Source: Entomortierella parvispora E1425 (lineage: Eukaryota > Fungi > Mortierellomycota). From it: a DNA stretch of 64,000 nt. Each line of letters begins with the position of its first letter. The first letter of the stretch is position 1. The position numbers and the translations under genes are program-made. The stretch is taken from the NCBI GenBank assembly GCA_020891255.1, contig BQFW01000002.1:2418001-2482000 (forward strand). Reading direction: 5' to 3'. The notes beneath the pieces are model-generated. The model saw only the letters and a list, made by a program, of their open reading frames with translations, made no database searches and was not told the origin of the DNA. This document shows positions 25,559-39,515 of the stretch, piece after piece.

Positions 25559-28500
25559 ATGGAGGCGATTGATCTCTCCATACTTGGGAACTATCGACCG
25601 TTTACAGACAACGCTCATCCCCTACCGACAACATCAAAGTCTTTAAAGAAAAGGAAAGGCCCTCAACCATTTCAATTCGGTGCTGCAAAGGTCGAGGGAG
25701 CCAAGGTGGAAAATGCCCTCGGGAGTGCTTTCTTGCCCTGTTATGAGCTCTTCCCACCCACTGTCGACGATTATGTTACAGACGAGTCAGTACTGCATGG
25801 ACCTAGCAAAAGTCCGGCACTTGCACAGGGATATGATGTCGAGCTGACGATCCAGGATTCAAAAGTGACTTGGTCTCAAGCCAATGTCCTCCGAAAGGTG
25901 TTTACGATGGAGGCAGAGAATGAGACTGTCCGACAGGCGCTCTTTGCTTGGTTCTTGGTCAGTGACACGAGACGGTCCAAGCGGGAAGAGACGAAGATGG
26001 ATCGTGGGATTGACAGCGCGAGCTCTAGAAGCGGCGAGGGAAGCGAGCATCGACATAAAGCGTCATCAAGACAAGGAGTTGCACCAGAAGGAAGAATGCA
26101 GGCTTTGGTCATTGTACTGGAAAGGATAATCAGGATTTACTACCCGAATGGAGAGGAAAACATTGTGCACATACCTTTCGTGGCCGAAAAAGTCTGGGCC
26201 ATGGAGCTGGGGATCTTGATTGAGGCAAAAATCTCGGACAAGGACGTTATGAATGGTCGAACCTCCTTCCAGGAACCTCATAGAATTGCATTCCATATGC
26301 TGGTCAGTCCATATGAAATGCCAGAGTCGGTCCTGGTCTTGCGGGTCCCTGGGCACGGCGGTCCCTCGATCCCTGGAGCCTACGGTTCCCAGGAGAGGCT
26401 CGATGTTGACAACGACAACACGTGTGTTTTTGTGTCGGGCATGGATGATAACGATAGGGTGCTGGTGACCTATGACAGGAAGCTGCGAAAGCATCGATTC
26501 TGGTCCTACAGGACGAAACACTCTCCTCCAAAAGCGGTCGAGTCGGACGATTCTTCGATGGACGTTGACAGTGCAGCCATCCACGGATCTTCTATTAGCG
26601 AGATGCCTTGTGATGTCCATCCTGCTTGGTAAGTACAGTCATGACGAGATTCGTTATTGAGAGGGCGAGGATCCTTACATTGTTTTCATGCATGGCCCCC
26701 TAGGTCTTTATCTCAGGTCTTCACCTCCCATACACTGGACGGATCGACCGTAGTCTGTATCCTCGACAAAATTGCATTATCTTTAGCAGCATATGTCGTA
26801 TCTCCCAGTTCTTCTACAGTCAGCCTACTCTGGACTCGGCCTGCTGTATCAGCTGTGGGGGTCATTGCGACGAGGTGCCATCAGAAGGATATTCTTCTCC
26901 TGTGTCCCGATGGCACTTTTACACTATGGACAGGATTTGAGAGAAAATTTCTTCCGTGTCGACTGCCGATCGATTTCCACAAGGTCACGCATCTACCAAC
27001 CCCTACTCTGCCTCATCCAAAAATCAACCAACCTGAGGAAGCAGGCAGTGAGGTTAGAGTCATTGAGCTTCGGGATGCCGTAGAAGATCGAGCGAGTGCG
27101 ATTTTGAGCACAGGACACATTATCCGATTTCGCCTCGATTTTCAAGTTCGGGCAAGCGTTGTTCTGGAAAGTCTGGATGCCCTTGCTTTTGCCCTGCCTC
27201 TGGATCTGCTGTGGGAGTTTCGTCATCGATTTTTTGGACTTCAGTATGGACACAACTCCAGGATAGCACCGATCAAGGCGGATGAATGGAGCAACTTTGC
27301 AACGGTCCTCTTGTCATTCGGCAACCCAAAATTACCAACCGAAGAGACCCAAAGCTCAGCACGGGAGGACCTCTCTGACTGGGAGTTCTTTCTGAATTCG
27401 TCGCTTCGTAAAAAGTCGAGCAAGTTGTCACATGCGCGTGGAATGGCAGCCGATTTGCCTTCCACGGATTCCACACTCTTCTCGTCCATGGTCGAGAAGG
27501 CACAGCAGCTGGCAAAGTTGTCAAACACATCCTCCACCACGAGGGATGCAGGCCGGGTGGAGACATATTATAATCGCATTCTGGTGGCTCTGCATTTGGT
27601 GAACGAGGACCGGAGCCTCAACGTCGTGAGCAGCAAAGAGGCAGATATGGTTCCACTATTGATGCTGATTTCTCGGATTGTTCGCTGGGATTCTTGGACA
27701 GACTACTATACCAGGCGTAACTTTTCAATATCAACAGCACTTGCGACTTTACCAGGTACTGCCTCGAAATCTCCCATCAATATCACCTAAATTAAGCATT
27801 ATCCTCTAACGAATTATCCTTGCTGATTTCATAGAAGTGTACATCGAAGGACATGTAGAGCCACTGGATATAGGCTTTGATGACCCTCCCAGTATATTGG
27901 ACTGGATCGCAACCACAGTCTCTAGATCTGGTGAAACCTGGATATACCCCACCCTCTCGTCGCTGCCCCTCCTTCGAGATACAAGCCAGCCACACTTCCC
28001 AGTTTCAGCCCGATCATGCGAGCAAACACGAAAGATCGTTCTGCTCTTTAACACGTTAATGAGCGATAACCTGGATGCGGCTGTCCAAGCCATGTTTGAC
28101 GAAGGATATACTGTCACGCTTTTGAACCAACTGCAAAGTGGAATTTCGATCATTCTTAAGGAAGCGCTCTGGAAGGCCCGACAAAAATCGTCTTCGACGT
28201 TGAATGCAAGCGCCTTGTCATTCATTGGCAGGTTCGACTTGGCAGAACTTCATACGAATTACAACTCTGACAAGATTGTTCCGCCAACAATATCCGGAAG
28301 TTCTGACGTATGTTATCAGGAATTTGTCTCTGAATCTTGAAGAGTTGGATCGTGAGATGGATTACTAACCTTCAATTGCTACCAATTCTATTAGATCCCC
28401 AAATCGGATCCAGTCATGCCAGAGGATCAGCCTGCTAAAAATGGAGCTGAGGAGAAACCTGAACCTACAGGTGCCGATGTAGATGCCTCTGAGATCACTC

Positions 28501-31500
28501 AACTTCGTTTTGGAGAGGATCGTCGAATACATGATACCCAGGAGATGCTGCAATCAGCACGAGCTCGGACAGTCCGCTTTGAAGATGACCCAAACTTGGA
28601 TGAGATCGCTCAACGCGAGGCTCAGCAGGAAATACTTGGAAAAATGGCTCAGAGGACACTGGCCCTCCCCATCGGTCGAGCAGCTCTCACATTTGGGGTG
28701 GATAGCAGACCTATCGTATCCCAAAAATTATTGATCCCCTCAGTCAACCTTGATGTCAAAATCACACCTGGAACGGGAATTACCAAGTTGGAAGATCCTA
28801 CGCTTCGAAACGAAGATACTCTTCCTTGGGCTCACTTTCACAACGCTGTCGCTGCGGCTCTGCGGATATCTCCAGAAAGTCAGGATGTGACTGATTCTTG
28901 GATACGGTTCCAATACCCTGGGCGGCGACAGGTCGAAGATGACAAGGACTATGAATCAGCGACGCATGGAGGTGTTCTTCTAGGCTTGGGAATCACGCGA
29001 CACTTGAGGTCCCTAGGTCACACCCTTCCATCCGAGTACTTGACAACAAAAAAGGAGCTTTATAACCTGGGTCTACTCTTGGGACTTTCTTGTGCTTTCC
29101 GTGGGACGATGAACGACAGAGTGATCAAGCTGCTCACTGCTCATATGCCTTCTTGGCTACATGAGCTTGGGAACCAATTCGATCTCTCGCTCATGACTCA
29201 GGATGCATGCTTTGTTGGCATGGGATTGCTACACTCTGAAACCTGCAGCGCCAAAATGATGTTGGTTATGGCACAGGAAATCGGCCTGGATCCTCGTACT
29301 GGTCTTGCAGAGGCCAAGGCTTACAAGAGGCAGGAAAGTCATTCACTGTCCGCAGGCTTTGGACTCGGATGGACGACACTTGGACTAGGAGACAAGAAAA
29401 GCGTCCAGCTGGCGGGTATTGTCCGCATACTCCATGATTATTTGCCAACCATAGGAGTTTCATCCAACGACAGTGACTCAGCCCCTGGTCGCCATCGTGC
29501 GGAGCCAGGGGCCACAGCAGTTGGGGCCGCTATTGCCTTGGGACTCATGTATATCCGAACCAACAACAAGATCGCAGCTCGCAAACTTGATCCTCCAGAC
29601 TCAAAGTCGCATTTGGACTATGTGACGCCAGCGTCGCTTCAGCTGAGGGTGATTTGTAGGTCCATCATCATGTGGGACAGCATCTTGCCCACCGAAGCTT
29701 GGGTTCTCTCCCAGATCCCAGAGTTTTTGAAGAACGACGAGGGTGGACCGCCTGATGTCGAATCAGCCCCGCAAGCGTATTATTCCATGTTGGCAGGAGC
29801 CTGCTTTGCTATTGGTCTTCGGTTTGCAGGAAGTGGGCTCGAGTCTGTCTATACTTTCCTCGTTGGGTACCTTGACCGATTTGCAAAACTGGGGCCGAGA
29901 GGTACGTATTTTCCGAAGTAATGGGGACACACAGAAAAGAATGTGGCAAACATGTGCTAACAAGCTTAATTTCCGCCGATTTGTACTTTAGGAGTTACCT
30001 TTGAGGAAAAAATGACCAGGGCGACTGTGAAATCCTGTCTTGATGTCATAACTATGGCCACGGCTATGGTTGTTGCAGGGTCTGGACGCGTCGATCTCCT
30101 CCGACGACTGAGGGCAGCTCATCAACGCGTGAAAGGCGACACCAGCTACGGAAGTCATCTTGCTCATCATCTCTCTATGGGCCTGCTGTTTCTGGGTGGC
30201 GGTGCCTATACTCTTGGCTCGAGCAATCACTGTGTGGCGGCCCTACTCTGCAGTTTATACCCAAGGCTGCCCAGTTTTCCAGCAGACAACAGAACACACT
30301 TGCAGGCGTTCCGACATCTTTGGGTCTTGGCAGTGGAACCGAGGTGCTTGGTCACCAGAGACTACAAGACACGGGTGGCCTGTCCTGTCCCGATCCGTAT
30401 TCATCTTAAACCGTTCTATGGGGCATCCAATGCAAAGGCGTTGTTGGAGATGACGAATGCACTGGAACTTAAGGACCGTAGTCGATTCCCCAACCGAATG
30501 TCACCTGGAGGGGCGACACCAGGAGGCGATGAAGCATCATCTAACAAGGACTTTATGCCCTCCGTGATGGATATATTTACGCCCTGTCTGCTGCCTGAAC
30601 TATCGACGATTACCAAAGTAGAGGTTTTAGGACCCCGTTACTTTCCAATGTCGCTGGATGTTGCTTCAGAGAGTCGGTCAGCCTTTGCTAAAGTCTGGAG
30701 GATGCTCAGAGCACGATCTGTCTCTGTTATTCAACGGACTGCCTACTTGAGCTATTCTGAAGATTCACTGGGTTCCAGAGGGATTTTAGTCAAACCATTC
30801 CCAGCGGTTCTCACTACCTCCGGATCTGATGCGAGTCTAGATCACAATCCCAATCAAAAGGTAGCGAAACGTAAGGCGCTGGACGATGCAGGAGTATGGA
30901 GCCTTATGGAGGGTGCTGCGGGAATCTACCGCCAAAGGAGCATGGGCGCTGGCAAGTCCATTCACGCCAATAGCGACTTGTCGGATCAGACCGTTGGACA
31001 GGCCATTTTTCAAGATGTTGAAGCGGCGGCCTTTGCAAGGAATCTCTGCCTGTTTCAAGGGCCGGGAAGTCAGAATGTCCGAGACTATCATAGCTGGCTA
31101 CGTCGTGTCGACAGGATTGAGCTCAAGGAAGACCTAAAATCTGCGGCGTTTCATACCGAGGCACTGTACGAGTGCCTAATCATGGACAAGACCGAGGCAC
31201 TGGTGGATCTGATGTGGCTATTCAACATGGAGAATCGATTGGAACAAAGAGGCGAACTTTCTTGGCAAACATTGTGGGATATTAAAATCTTGAAGGCGCA
31301 CTATGATTCACTTCGGGAGCGACACGACTGGGAGCGGAAAGAGCACGGGCGCCTCAGCACTCGACGAAGTGGTGGTAATAGTGCCAGGAAGAGTGCGAGC
31401 TCCACAAGGAATTTCGGTGGCGGCGACGGTAGAGAAGCCTCTGATCGATTTGTTCAGGATGATGGTAGCGAGACGTTTCTGAAAATGCAGAGGATCTCGG

Positions 31501-32165
31501 ATCTTTACAACAAGATTACAAGTCGCGTCAACCATCATATGGGCGAGGAAAGTCATTGGAGCCTATACGAGAGAATGGATTTGGACAAGATGGAGGCCTG
31601 GAAGCGGTCGCCGGGAGTCCAGGACGCCTCTTATTACTTTGCAGTAGGATCGTTCCGATCAAGGCAAGAAGCCAAGGATTCTGACAAAAGTCTGGTCCCG
31701 CCTCTTTTTTGGCTTCCTGAAAGACTTTCTGCCTGGGAATCGACTTTAGAGGAGTCCAAGAGTGTGTTTGGGTCCTTTCCGTCTCCAGTCAGCAATGTTT
31801 CTGAGCGTCGTCCAAGGATGAATGTGGACCTGCTCAAGGCATGGCTAGAAATCCACAGGATTCCTGGTCCCAGCACCATCAGGGCCATCATCGACGATAT
31901 GGACAAGCATCCAGAGTTCTGGGAGACTGTTGATGAGGAAGAAGAAGAGGAGCGACTCAATGAGAGCAGGCGGAGCAAATATCTATCACCAGGAGGTCAG
32001 GGGTCATCGTCTTTCTCTGGTGCTCCGGATCCAAGTATCCGAAGTGGCGCTGCTCACCACAAATTGACAAAGATGTGGAAGGTGGCCTACCCTGGTGTAT
32101 CTCTTCGATTGTTGAGGTATCTGCGACCTGGGCATCGGTGGAAAGATGGAGAGGAAGACAAGTGA
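25559..32165 (+). CDS. APC1: Anaphase-promoting complex subunit 1, 5 exons
   Basis: N-terminal WSQANVLRKVF...QALFAWF, PC repeats (HFHNAVAAALRI, HGGVLLGLG, GAAIALGLMY), and SYGSHLAHHLSMGLLFLGGG...HLQAFRHLWVLAVEPR. Confidence 0.95.
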
Positions 32166-32354
32166 ATAGAATGGGGAGGGAAAACACAAGAAGATCAATA
32201 AGCCCCCATGTGTAGTTTAGCAAAGAATGCAAAAAGTTCAATGTAAAGTAGTATGTTTTATTTGGAGAGGTGAATATGATACAAAGGGAGGGATTATGAT
32301 GGATGCTGGTGGTCGAACTGAAGAACAAAAATTGTGGGATACCAAGTGCTGTAC

Positions 32355-33819
32355 TTAGAATCCGTACTTTGACTGTGTTTCTGCCTTGGTCTGTCTGCTG
32401 GCGGCCCAGCTGGCATTCAGCTGAGCAGCATTGGCCTTGGCCTCGTAGGCAAGCGACATGATGTTGTGTTTGCGTTTTTGCTGCGTACTTGGTTTCAAGT
32501 GCTATTTTTCCAAAGAATTTAGAAAGGTGGCGTGAGTATAGAGATTGAAGGGTCCTATCATCACCAATGAACAACTTCCGTGTGTCCCACTTACACTAAT
32601 GGACGCCAAATCCACAGGCTTGGGCTGGCTGCCGCTTCCAGCCATGGCGTGACGGACATGCTGGGCCTGGCTCATCTGATCCTTGGCAAAGACATCGATC
32701 ACATGAATAGGTGCATCCCTAGCCTTTCTCATGCCCAGTTTTTGAAGCTATGCAGGCAATGGAAGGAGCTGTTAGTTTGTTGTGCCTGAAAACAATACCG
32801 TGTCTGCATGAAACTAAAAAAAAAAAAGGTGGTCTCCTTACCCCATCATTATCCAGCTGTATAGTGTTGGGGCCCCTGCCTCCGTTTCCTTGCTGACTAC
32901 TACTTTGCGCAGAGGATGAGGAAGGGTCGTACGCGTAGGCCTCATTGCTTGTTGGATAAGCATATTGGTCGTTGGTAGGGTACGCGTATTGATCATTGGT
33001 TGGGTAGGCGTATTGGTCATTACTGGGGTATGCATACTGGTCGTTACTAGGATACGCATATTGGTCACTGCTGGGGTATGCATACTGCTCGTTGGTCATG
33101 GAGACATCGACCAATTTTCCACTCTGTGCTTCCTGCTCCTCTGTTGTCAATGGCTTCTTGTCAAAGAACAAGGGAATGTAGCTGTTGGAAGCCGCTTTTC
33201 CTGAAGATCCAGTAGTACTATGGGTCGAGGTAACCGCTGCTCCCATAGGGAAGAAGGACACTGGCCCTTCATTGTCCTCATCGTCCTCGTCATTGTCCTC
33301 CTCCGCCAAAGGTTCGTCTGCCTCATCCGTGACCTTGGCCGCGGGTGTCTTCACCACTGCAGCCGGTTTCTTGGCCACTGTTCTGGGCATGAATGTCGCC
33401 TTGGCGGGTCCAGATCCAGAAGAGGAGGCCGCTGCAGATTTGGCAGAGGTATTCTTGGGGGTGGGCAACATGGCAAAAAGGGCGCCGACTCCAGTGCCCG
33501 ATCCAGCTTTGGCAGCGGCGGCCAGTCGAGCCTTCTTCCTGAACGGAGACTCTTCCTCCTCATCCGAGTCTGGATCCGAGTCAAGGGTGGGCATGGTGCT
33601 GTATTTTCCGACTTTGGGCAGTGATGAAGAAGACGAGGGAACGGTGCTAGCGGCGACGGATGCTGGGGATGACTTTGGGGGTGGCAACATGCTGGAGAGA
33701 CCACTGGCCTTGGATGTGGATCCGATTGAGGGGGTGGTCTTGGCTGGAGGGGTGGGTGTGGGCATCGACTCTGTGCCCGAGTCGTCCGAGTCTGATCCGT
33801 AGGCAGCCAGGGCGTCCAT
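32355..33819 (-). CDS. PRCC: PRCC-like protein (PRCC C-terminal domain), 3 exons
   Basis: Starts MDALAAYGSDSDD. The last exon reads QKRKHNIMSLAYEAKANAAQLNASWAASRQTKAETQSKYGF*, matching the PRCC C-terminal signature. Confidence 0.85.
32927..33095 (-). repeat. 24-nt tandem repeat encoding about 6 copies of (N/S)(D/E)QYAYP(S/T) in PRCC
   Basis: Translation: NEQYAYPSSDQYAYPSNDQYAYPSNDQYAYPTNDQYAYPTNDQYAYPTSNEAYAY. Confidence 0.95.
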
Positions 33820-34372
33820 GGTAAAGTGCGGTGAGTGATTGGCACAGAAAGAAAGAATCAAGGGAAAAGAGGCAAAGAATGCAAGCATGCACGCTCTAAA
33901 AGTAAGGAAATGCAAGCAAGGAACCTCGTCAAAGGCAAAGATGCCATGTCATTAGCACGTGATGAACCTGTGCAAGTGCAAGTACCGATAATCTGTAGGT
34001 GTTCAAATTGCAGCGAACAACCGGAAAGGGAGAAACGAACGGACGGAAGGGACTCCACGTCGTTCTTCTCTTTTCTCCTTCTTTGACTGCATAGATAGAA
34101 GCAAGCCAATGGCGATTGCTGATTGTTCCGTGTGTTTGTTCTCTTCATCGTAATCTTTTCCTTCTTCCTTCACTCTCCTTCTCTCTCTCTCTCTCTCCCT
34201 TCTCTTCTCTTTTCTCTCTTCAACCAACGCACGACACACGACTGGAGCGGCTGCAGGAAGACACAAAGGACCACAGCCACATACGCACTTTTTTTTTTTT
34301 TTTTTTTTTTTTTTTTGGTTCTTCTACCCGCCTGTTCTATCTATCTGCCGCAACCCCTCCATTGGTTCCCCA

Positions 34373-37300
34373 ATGTCAAAGGGCAAAGAGTCATTTGCGC
34401 TGCACCCCATCCTCCAGTCTTCCCTGAACAACCCCTCATCCTCACCCTCCTCTCCTTCGCCCACCAGTCGCACCAACAGCCCCCGTCCACGCACCCAGTC
34501 CTCTTACCGCACACTTCCCATCGACCAGGAGAGCGACAGCGACCACGACGACGAAACGGCCTCCTTCGGTCCAGGATTTACCCCGACCACTGCCACTCCC
34601 GCATCTATCATCAACAACACCGACCATCACAGCACCACCCGTCAGGGCAGCGGATCGCGTACAGCTTCACCCAACATGTCATTAGGATTAGGCGGCAAGG
34701 GCCTAGGGGCAGTGAATCTTGGCAGCAGCAGCAGCACGAGTCACGGATACCGTCATTCAAAGTACCGGTACTCGGACGAGGAAGACGAGGACGAAGAGCC
34801 GTTGCTGCTCCATAGCAGCACCTCATTCGGAGGGAGCAGCTCTGGTTCAGCATCAACACATGGCAATGGCAGCCATCAGCAGGTAATAGAGATTGTTTTA
34901 CTACTGCACTTTTTTTTTTTTTCTTTTTTTTTCTTTTTTTTTTCCTTGGCATGTGACAAAGGAATAGATTGGGCTGACATGCAGGCAAATCGACAAAGAA
35001 GGGAAGCAGGGCGGGAACAAGGGGACCATGACGCAGGGCAGGTCCCGTTGGCGACGGTTGCAGACAGTAGTGGCAAGGAAGGAGAAGGACGACTGAACAA
35101 ACGAATCAAGAAGAAGAAGAGCAACAACAACAAAAGAATGAATCGCGCAGGGGTCATCGCGGGGTAACGATTCGACGCAAGCGACAGCACCAAAGGAGCG
35201 TCGTGGATATTCCAATCGTGGCCAAACGCGTCGATGCTGCCTCCCTATGTTATGTGATGTTGGTCGATATGTCGATGGACCGACAGCGGTAACAAGGACG
35301 AGCCAACAGGCCCTGGGCGGGGGTCGATTACATTCTCATTCATCCCTGCTCTGGCCAATGCTTGCTTGTGTTGTGCATGCCCTGTCCTTTGCTTGGCTAC
35401 ATTACTCCCCTCGCCATTCATTCATTCCCGCTCTTCATTGCCGAGGATACTGAAGAACCTGTCCTCTTTTCTCCCATCTCTCTCCTTCTCTCTCACGGCT
35501 CTCCCGAATAGAACAAGGGCCCCAGCAGACAACGACTCTCGGCCATCATGGATGATCTCAAACCCACAAAGGACTCAAAGGCTGCAAAGTCAAGGACGAT
35601 TGATTTTCATGCTCCATGTAAGCGTCATCAATGGCAAACCAGAGGCGCCTAATATAGCTTATTGCCGGAATGAGGACATGCCATGCTGACGAGCAGTGCA
35701 CGCTCCTTTTTTTTTGTTCATTTTTCATATGGATTCAGCCAAGGAAAAGAAACGATATCCGCCCAATGTCACGCGCAACACAAAGTACAGCATCTTCAGT
35801 TTCTTGCCCATTGTCCTGTGGGAGCAGGTACGTCATTCGAGGCGAACATTTGCTAGTAATGGTATCTGAGATTGGGAATCTGTTACTGATATACTTCTCG
35901 CCACCTTCCGTGACTCTAGTTCAAGTTCTTTTTGAACTTGTATTTCCTACTGGTGGCGCTCTCGCAGTTCGTGCCTGCATTGAAGATTGGTATGCAAAAA
36001 ATTACAACGCTCTACTTGGAATTGATACCTGGGATCCCGGCACTCCAGAGTCAGCAATCATTGACGCTAATACCGTGAACGTCTTTTTTTCTAGGTTATA
36101 TCGTGACATATGTAGCACCTCTGTGTTTTGTGCTGGCAGTGACGATAGGCAAGGAAGCCATTGATGACATGAAGAGATATCGCAGGGACCAGGAAGCCAA
36201 CTCCCAGAGATACAGGATTCTCACGCCATCTGGATTCAAAATGATCCCTTCCTCCAAAATCAGGGTCGGCGATATGATTGTTGTCAACAAGAACCAAAAC
36301 GTGCCTGCAGACATGGTCCTCCTCAGGACGACAGAAGAATCCGGCGCGTGTTTTATCAGGACTGATCAACTGGACGGAGAGACAGACTGGAAGCTCCGCC
36401 TGGCGGTCCCATCCTGTCAGGCCCTCCCCAGTGACGAGGCTCTTCTGGACCTGAACGCTTCCATCTACGCAGATTCACCCCACAAGGACATTCACAGCTT
36501 TATCGGAAACTTTACAAAGGAGGGAGATGGCCCCGTAAGTTCATTGATTTCTCTTTTTATTAAAATGGCTCTCCTGATCAGTGGATTAAACATTATTCCG
36601 TCCTTCCTTTTAGGGTCAGCACATGGAGCCGCTCAGCGTGGACAACACCCTGTGGACAAACACGGTTGTTGCCTCAGGAAATGCTGTTGGTTTCGTTATT
36701 TACACTGGTCGGGATACTCGTGCTGTAATGAACACCAACCACCCAAAGACAAAGATTGGACTGTTGGATTCAGAAGTGAACAGACTCTCCAAGGTAAAAA
36801 AAGGGGGATCTTGGCTCTAAAATGCACTTACAAGAGAAATGCCAACCTGTCCTCTAACAAGCAAAAAATTTGCTACCTCTAGATTCTCTGCGCCTTTACC
36901 CTGACACTCTCTCTTGCCATGATTGCACTCAATGGATTCGAAGGATTGTGGTACATCTACTTGTTCCGTTTCCTTATTCTCTTCTCGTCCATCATCCCCA
37001 TCTCTCTACGTGTCAACTTGGATATGGGCAAAACCGTCTATGCATGGCAGATTATGAACGACAAAGAGATCCCTGGAACCATCGTCCGTACCAGTACTAT
37101 ACCCGAGGAGCTTGGACGGATCGAGTATCTTCTTTCTGATAAGACTGGAACTTTGACCAAGAATGGTAATTTAGACTTTACGGATAACACTGATGCTCTG
37201 TGTACATCTCTTTCTGTGAGGAAATACTAACATTGCTCATTTTTCTGTTGCAAAGATATGGAGCTCAAGAAGCTCCACATGGGAACAATGTCTTATAGTG

Positions 37301-39515
37301 TGGATACCATGGACGAGATTTCAACACACCTCGATACCGCTTACTCTCAACAACGTAAGAACATTACAGCTGCGAATCGTTTCCAGATTTTTGTGCAGGA
37401 TAACAGATTATTAATCGGTAAGCGTTGCCACCCCATCAAACTTTTTAGCAAGCGGATTCAACCGAGCTCGTGGAATTGCGACGGCACCATCTCATGTGGG
37501 CGGTAACAAGGCGCGTAGGGATATCTCGTCGCGTGTGCGTGAGATTGTCCAAGCCTTGGCTCTTTGCCACAATGTCACCCCAGTCACAGAGGACAACGGC
37601 AGCATCACCTATCAGGCTTCCTCGCCCGATGAAGTTGCAATTGTCAGATGGACTGAGAGCGTCGGTTTGACACTGGTATTCCGCGACATCAACAACATTC
37701 ACATTCGCAACGCTAGTGGAGACGTTTTTGAATTTGAGGTCCTCCAGATCTTTCCCTTCACAAGTGAGACCAAGCGCATGGGAATCATTGTTAGAGATCT
37801 TACAACGGGCGAGATTACATTCTACGAGAAGGGAGCCGATGTGGTCATGGTCAAGATTGTTCAGTACAACGACTGGCTCGAGGAAGAATGTGGCAACATG
37901 GCTCGCGAAGGTCTCCGTACCCTGGTTGTAGCTCGTAAGCGACTCTCGGAGGAGTTGTACCAGGAGTTCGAATCACGATACCATGTGGCCAAGACCAGCA
38001 TTGCAGACCGAACCGCTGCAATGAACACTGTCGTGAACCAAATTTTGGAACAGGATCTGGAACTCTTGGGTTTGACTGGCGTTGAAGACAAGCTTCAGGA
38101 TGGTGTCAAGTCGACTCTTGAGCTGTTGCGAAATGCGGGTCTCAAAATCTGGATGCTTACTGGCGACAAGATTGAGACTGCGACTTGCATTGCCATTTCA
38201 TCTAAACTCGTGTCCAGGAACCAGAGTATTCATCAGATTTCGAAGCGTAGGTCATCCTATTAGGCTTTTTTTCATTCTTAAAATACGACATGTATATTAA
38301 TGGGTTTGTTGGCTTCTTCAATAGTTACAAACGCTTTGGATGCCCAGGATGCGCTGGATTTGCTGCGAGGCAAGAAGGATTGCTGCTTGGTCATTGATGG
38401 AGAGTCGATTCAATTGTGCCTGGATTACCTGCGAGAGGAATTTATCGAAATCACAGTCCGATTACCCGTCGTGGTCTGCTGCCGTTGTTCACCCACCCAA
38501 AAAGCCGACATTGCCCGTCTGATCAAGCAATATACCAAGAAGAGGATCTGCTGTATCGGAGATGGAGGCAACGACGTCTCGATGATTCAGCAGGCTGATG
38601 TCGGTGTCGGTATTGTGGGCAAGGAGGGCAGACAGGCGTCTTTGGCTGCGGATTTCTCTGTTAACCAATTCTCGTACCTGACAAAGCTCTTGCTCTGGCA
38701 CGGACGCAACTCGTACAAGCGGTCTGCCAAGCTGTCCCAGTTTGTCATTCATCGTGGATTGATCATTTCGATCATGCAAGCAGTGTTCTCGGCCATGTTT
38801 TATTTCGCACCTATTGCTCTGTACCAGGGCATGCTGATTGTGGGATACACGACCATCTACACGAACGCCCCTGTCTTCTCATTGGTCCTGGATCAAGACG
38901 TGTCAGAGGACATTGCTCTGTTGTACCCCGAACTTTACAGGGATCTGACCAAGGGCAGATCCCTCTCTTACAAGACCTTCTTTAGCTGGCTTTTGATTAG
39001 TGTATACCAAGGTAAGACTAGTCGCATGGGCTGCCAATGGTCATCCCTTAATTGCAACAAACTGACAATCTCCGTTATTTTTATCGACAACAGGTGGAGC
39101 CATTATGATTTTGTCGATTTGGTTGTTCGAGAACCAGTTTGTCAACATTGTGTCAATTTCGTTTACGGCGTTGGTCCTGAACGAGTTGCTGATGGTGGCG
39201 TTGGAGATCAATACCTGGCATCGCTTGATGATCGTCTCAGAGATTGCGACCCTGATCATTTACGTTGGATCCATGGTCTTCCTTCCAACGTATTTCGGTA
39301 AGTAGTTTGATTCCTTTTTGTTTTAGTCTTATTTCGAGTGCTGACTCCTTTCTTGTACTTTTGTCGTTATATCATTAGATCTAGCTTTTATCTTGACAAA
39401 GACATTCGTTTGGAAGGTGGCAGTGATCACAATGGTCAGCAGCTTCCCTCTGTATGTCATCAAGATGTTGCGGAGAAAGTTTGCACCACCAAGTTACTCC
39501 AAGTTGACAGGCTAG
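34373..39515 (+). CDS. NEO1: P4-ATPase phospholipid flippase, NEO1/ATP9 class, about 12 exons
   Basis: [31 protein letters not shown] (phosphorylated Asp), [29 protein letters not shown] and [12 protein letters not shown]. Ends in PPSYSKLTG*. Confidence 0.95.
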
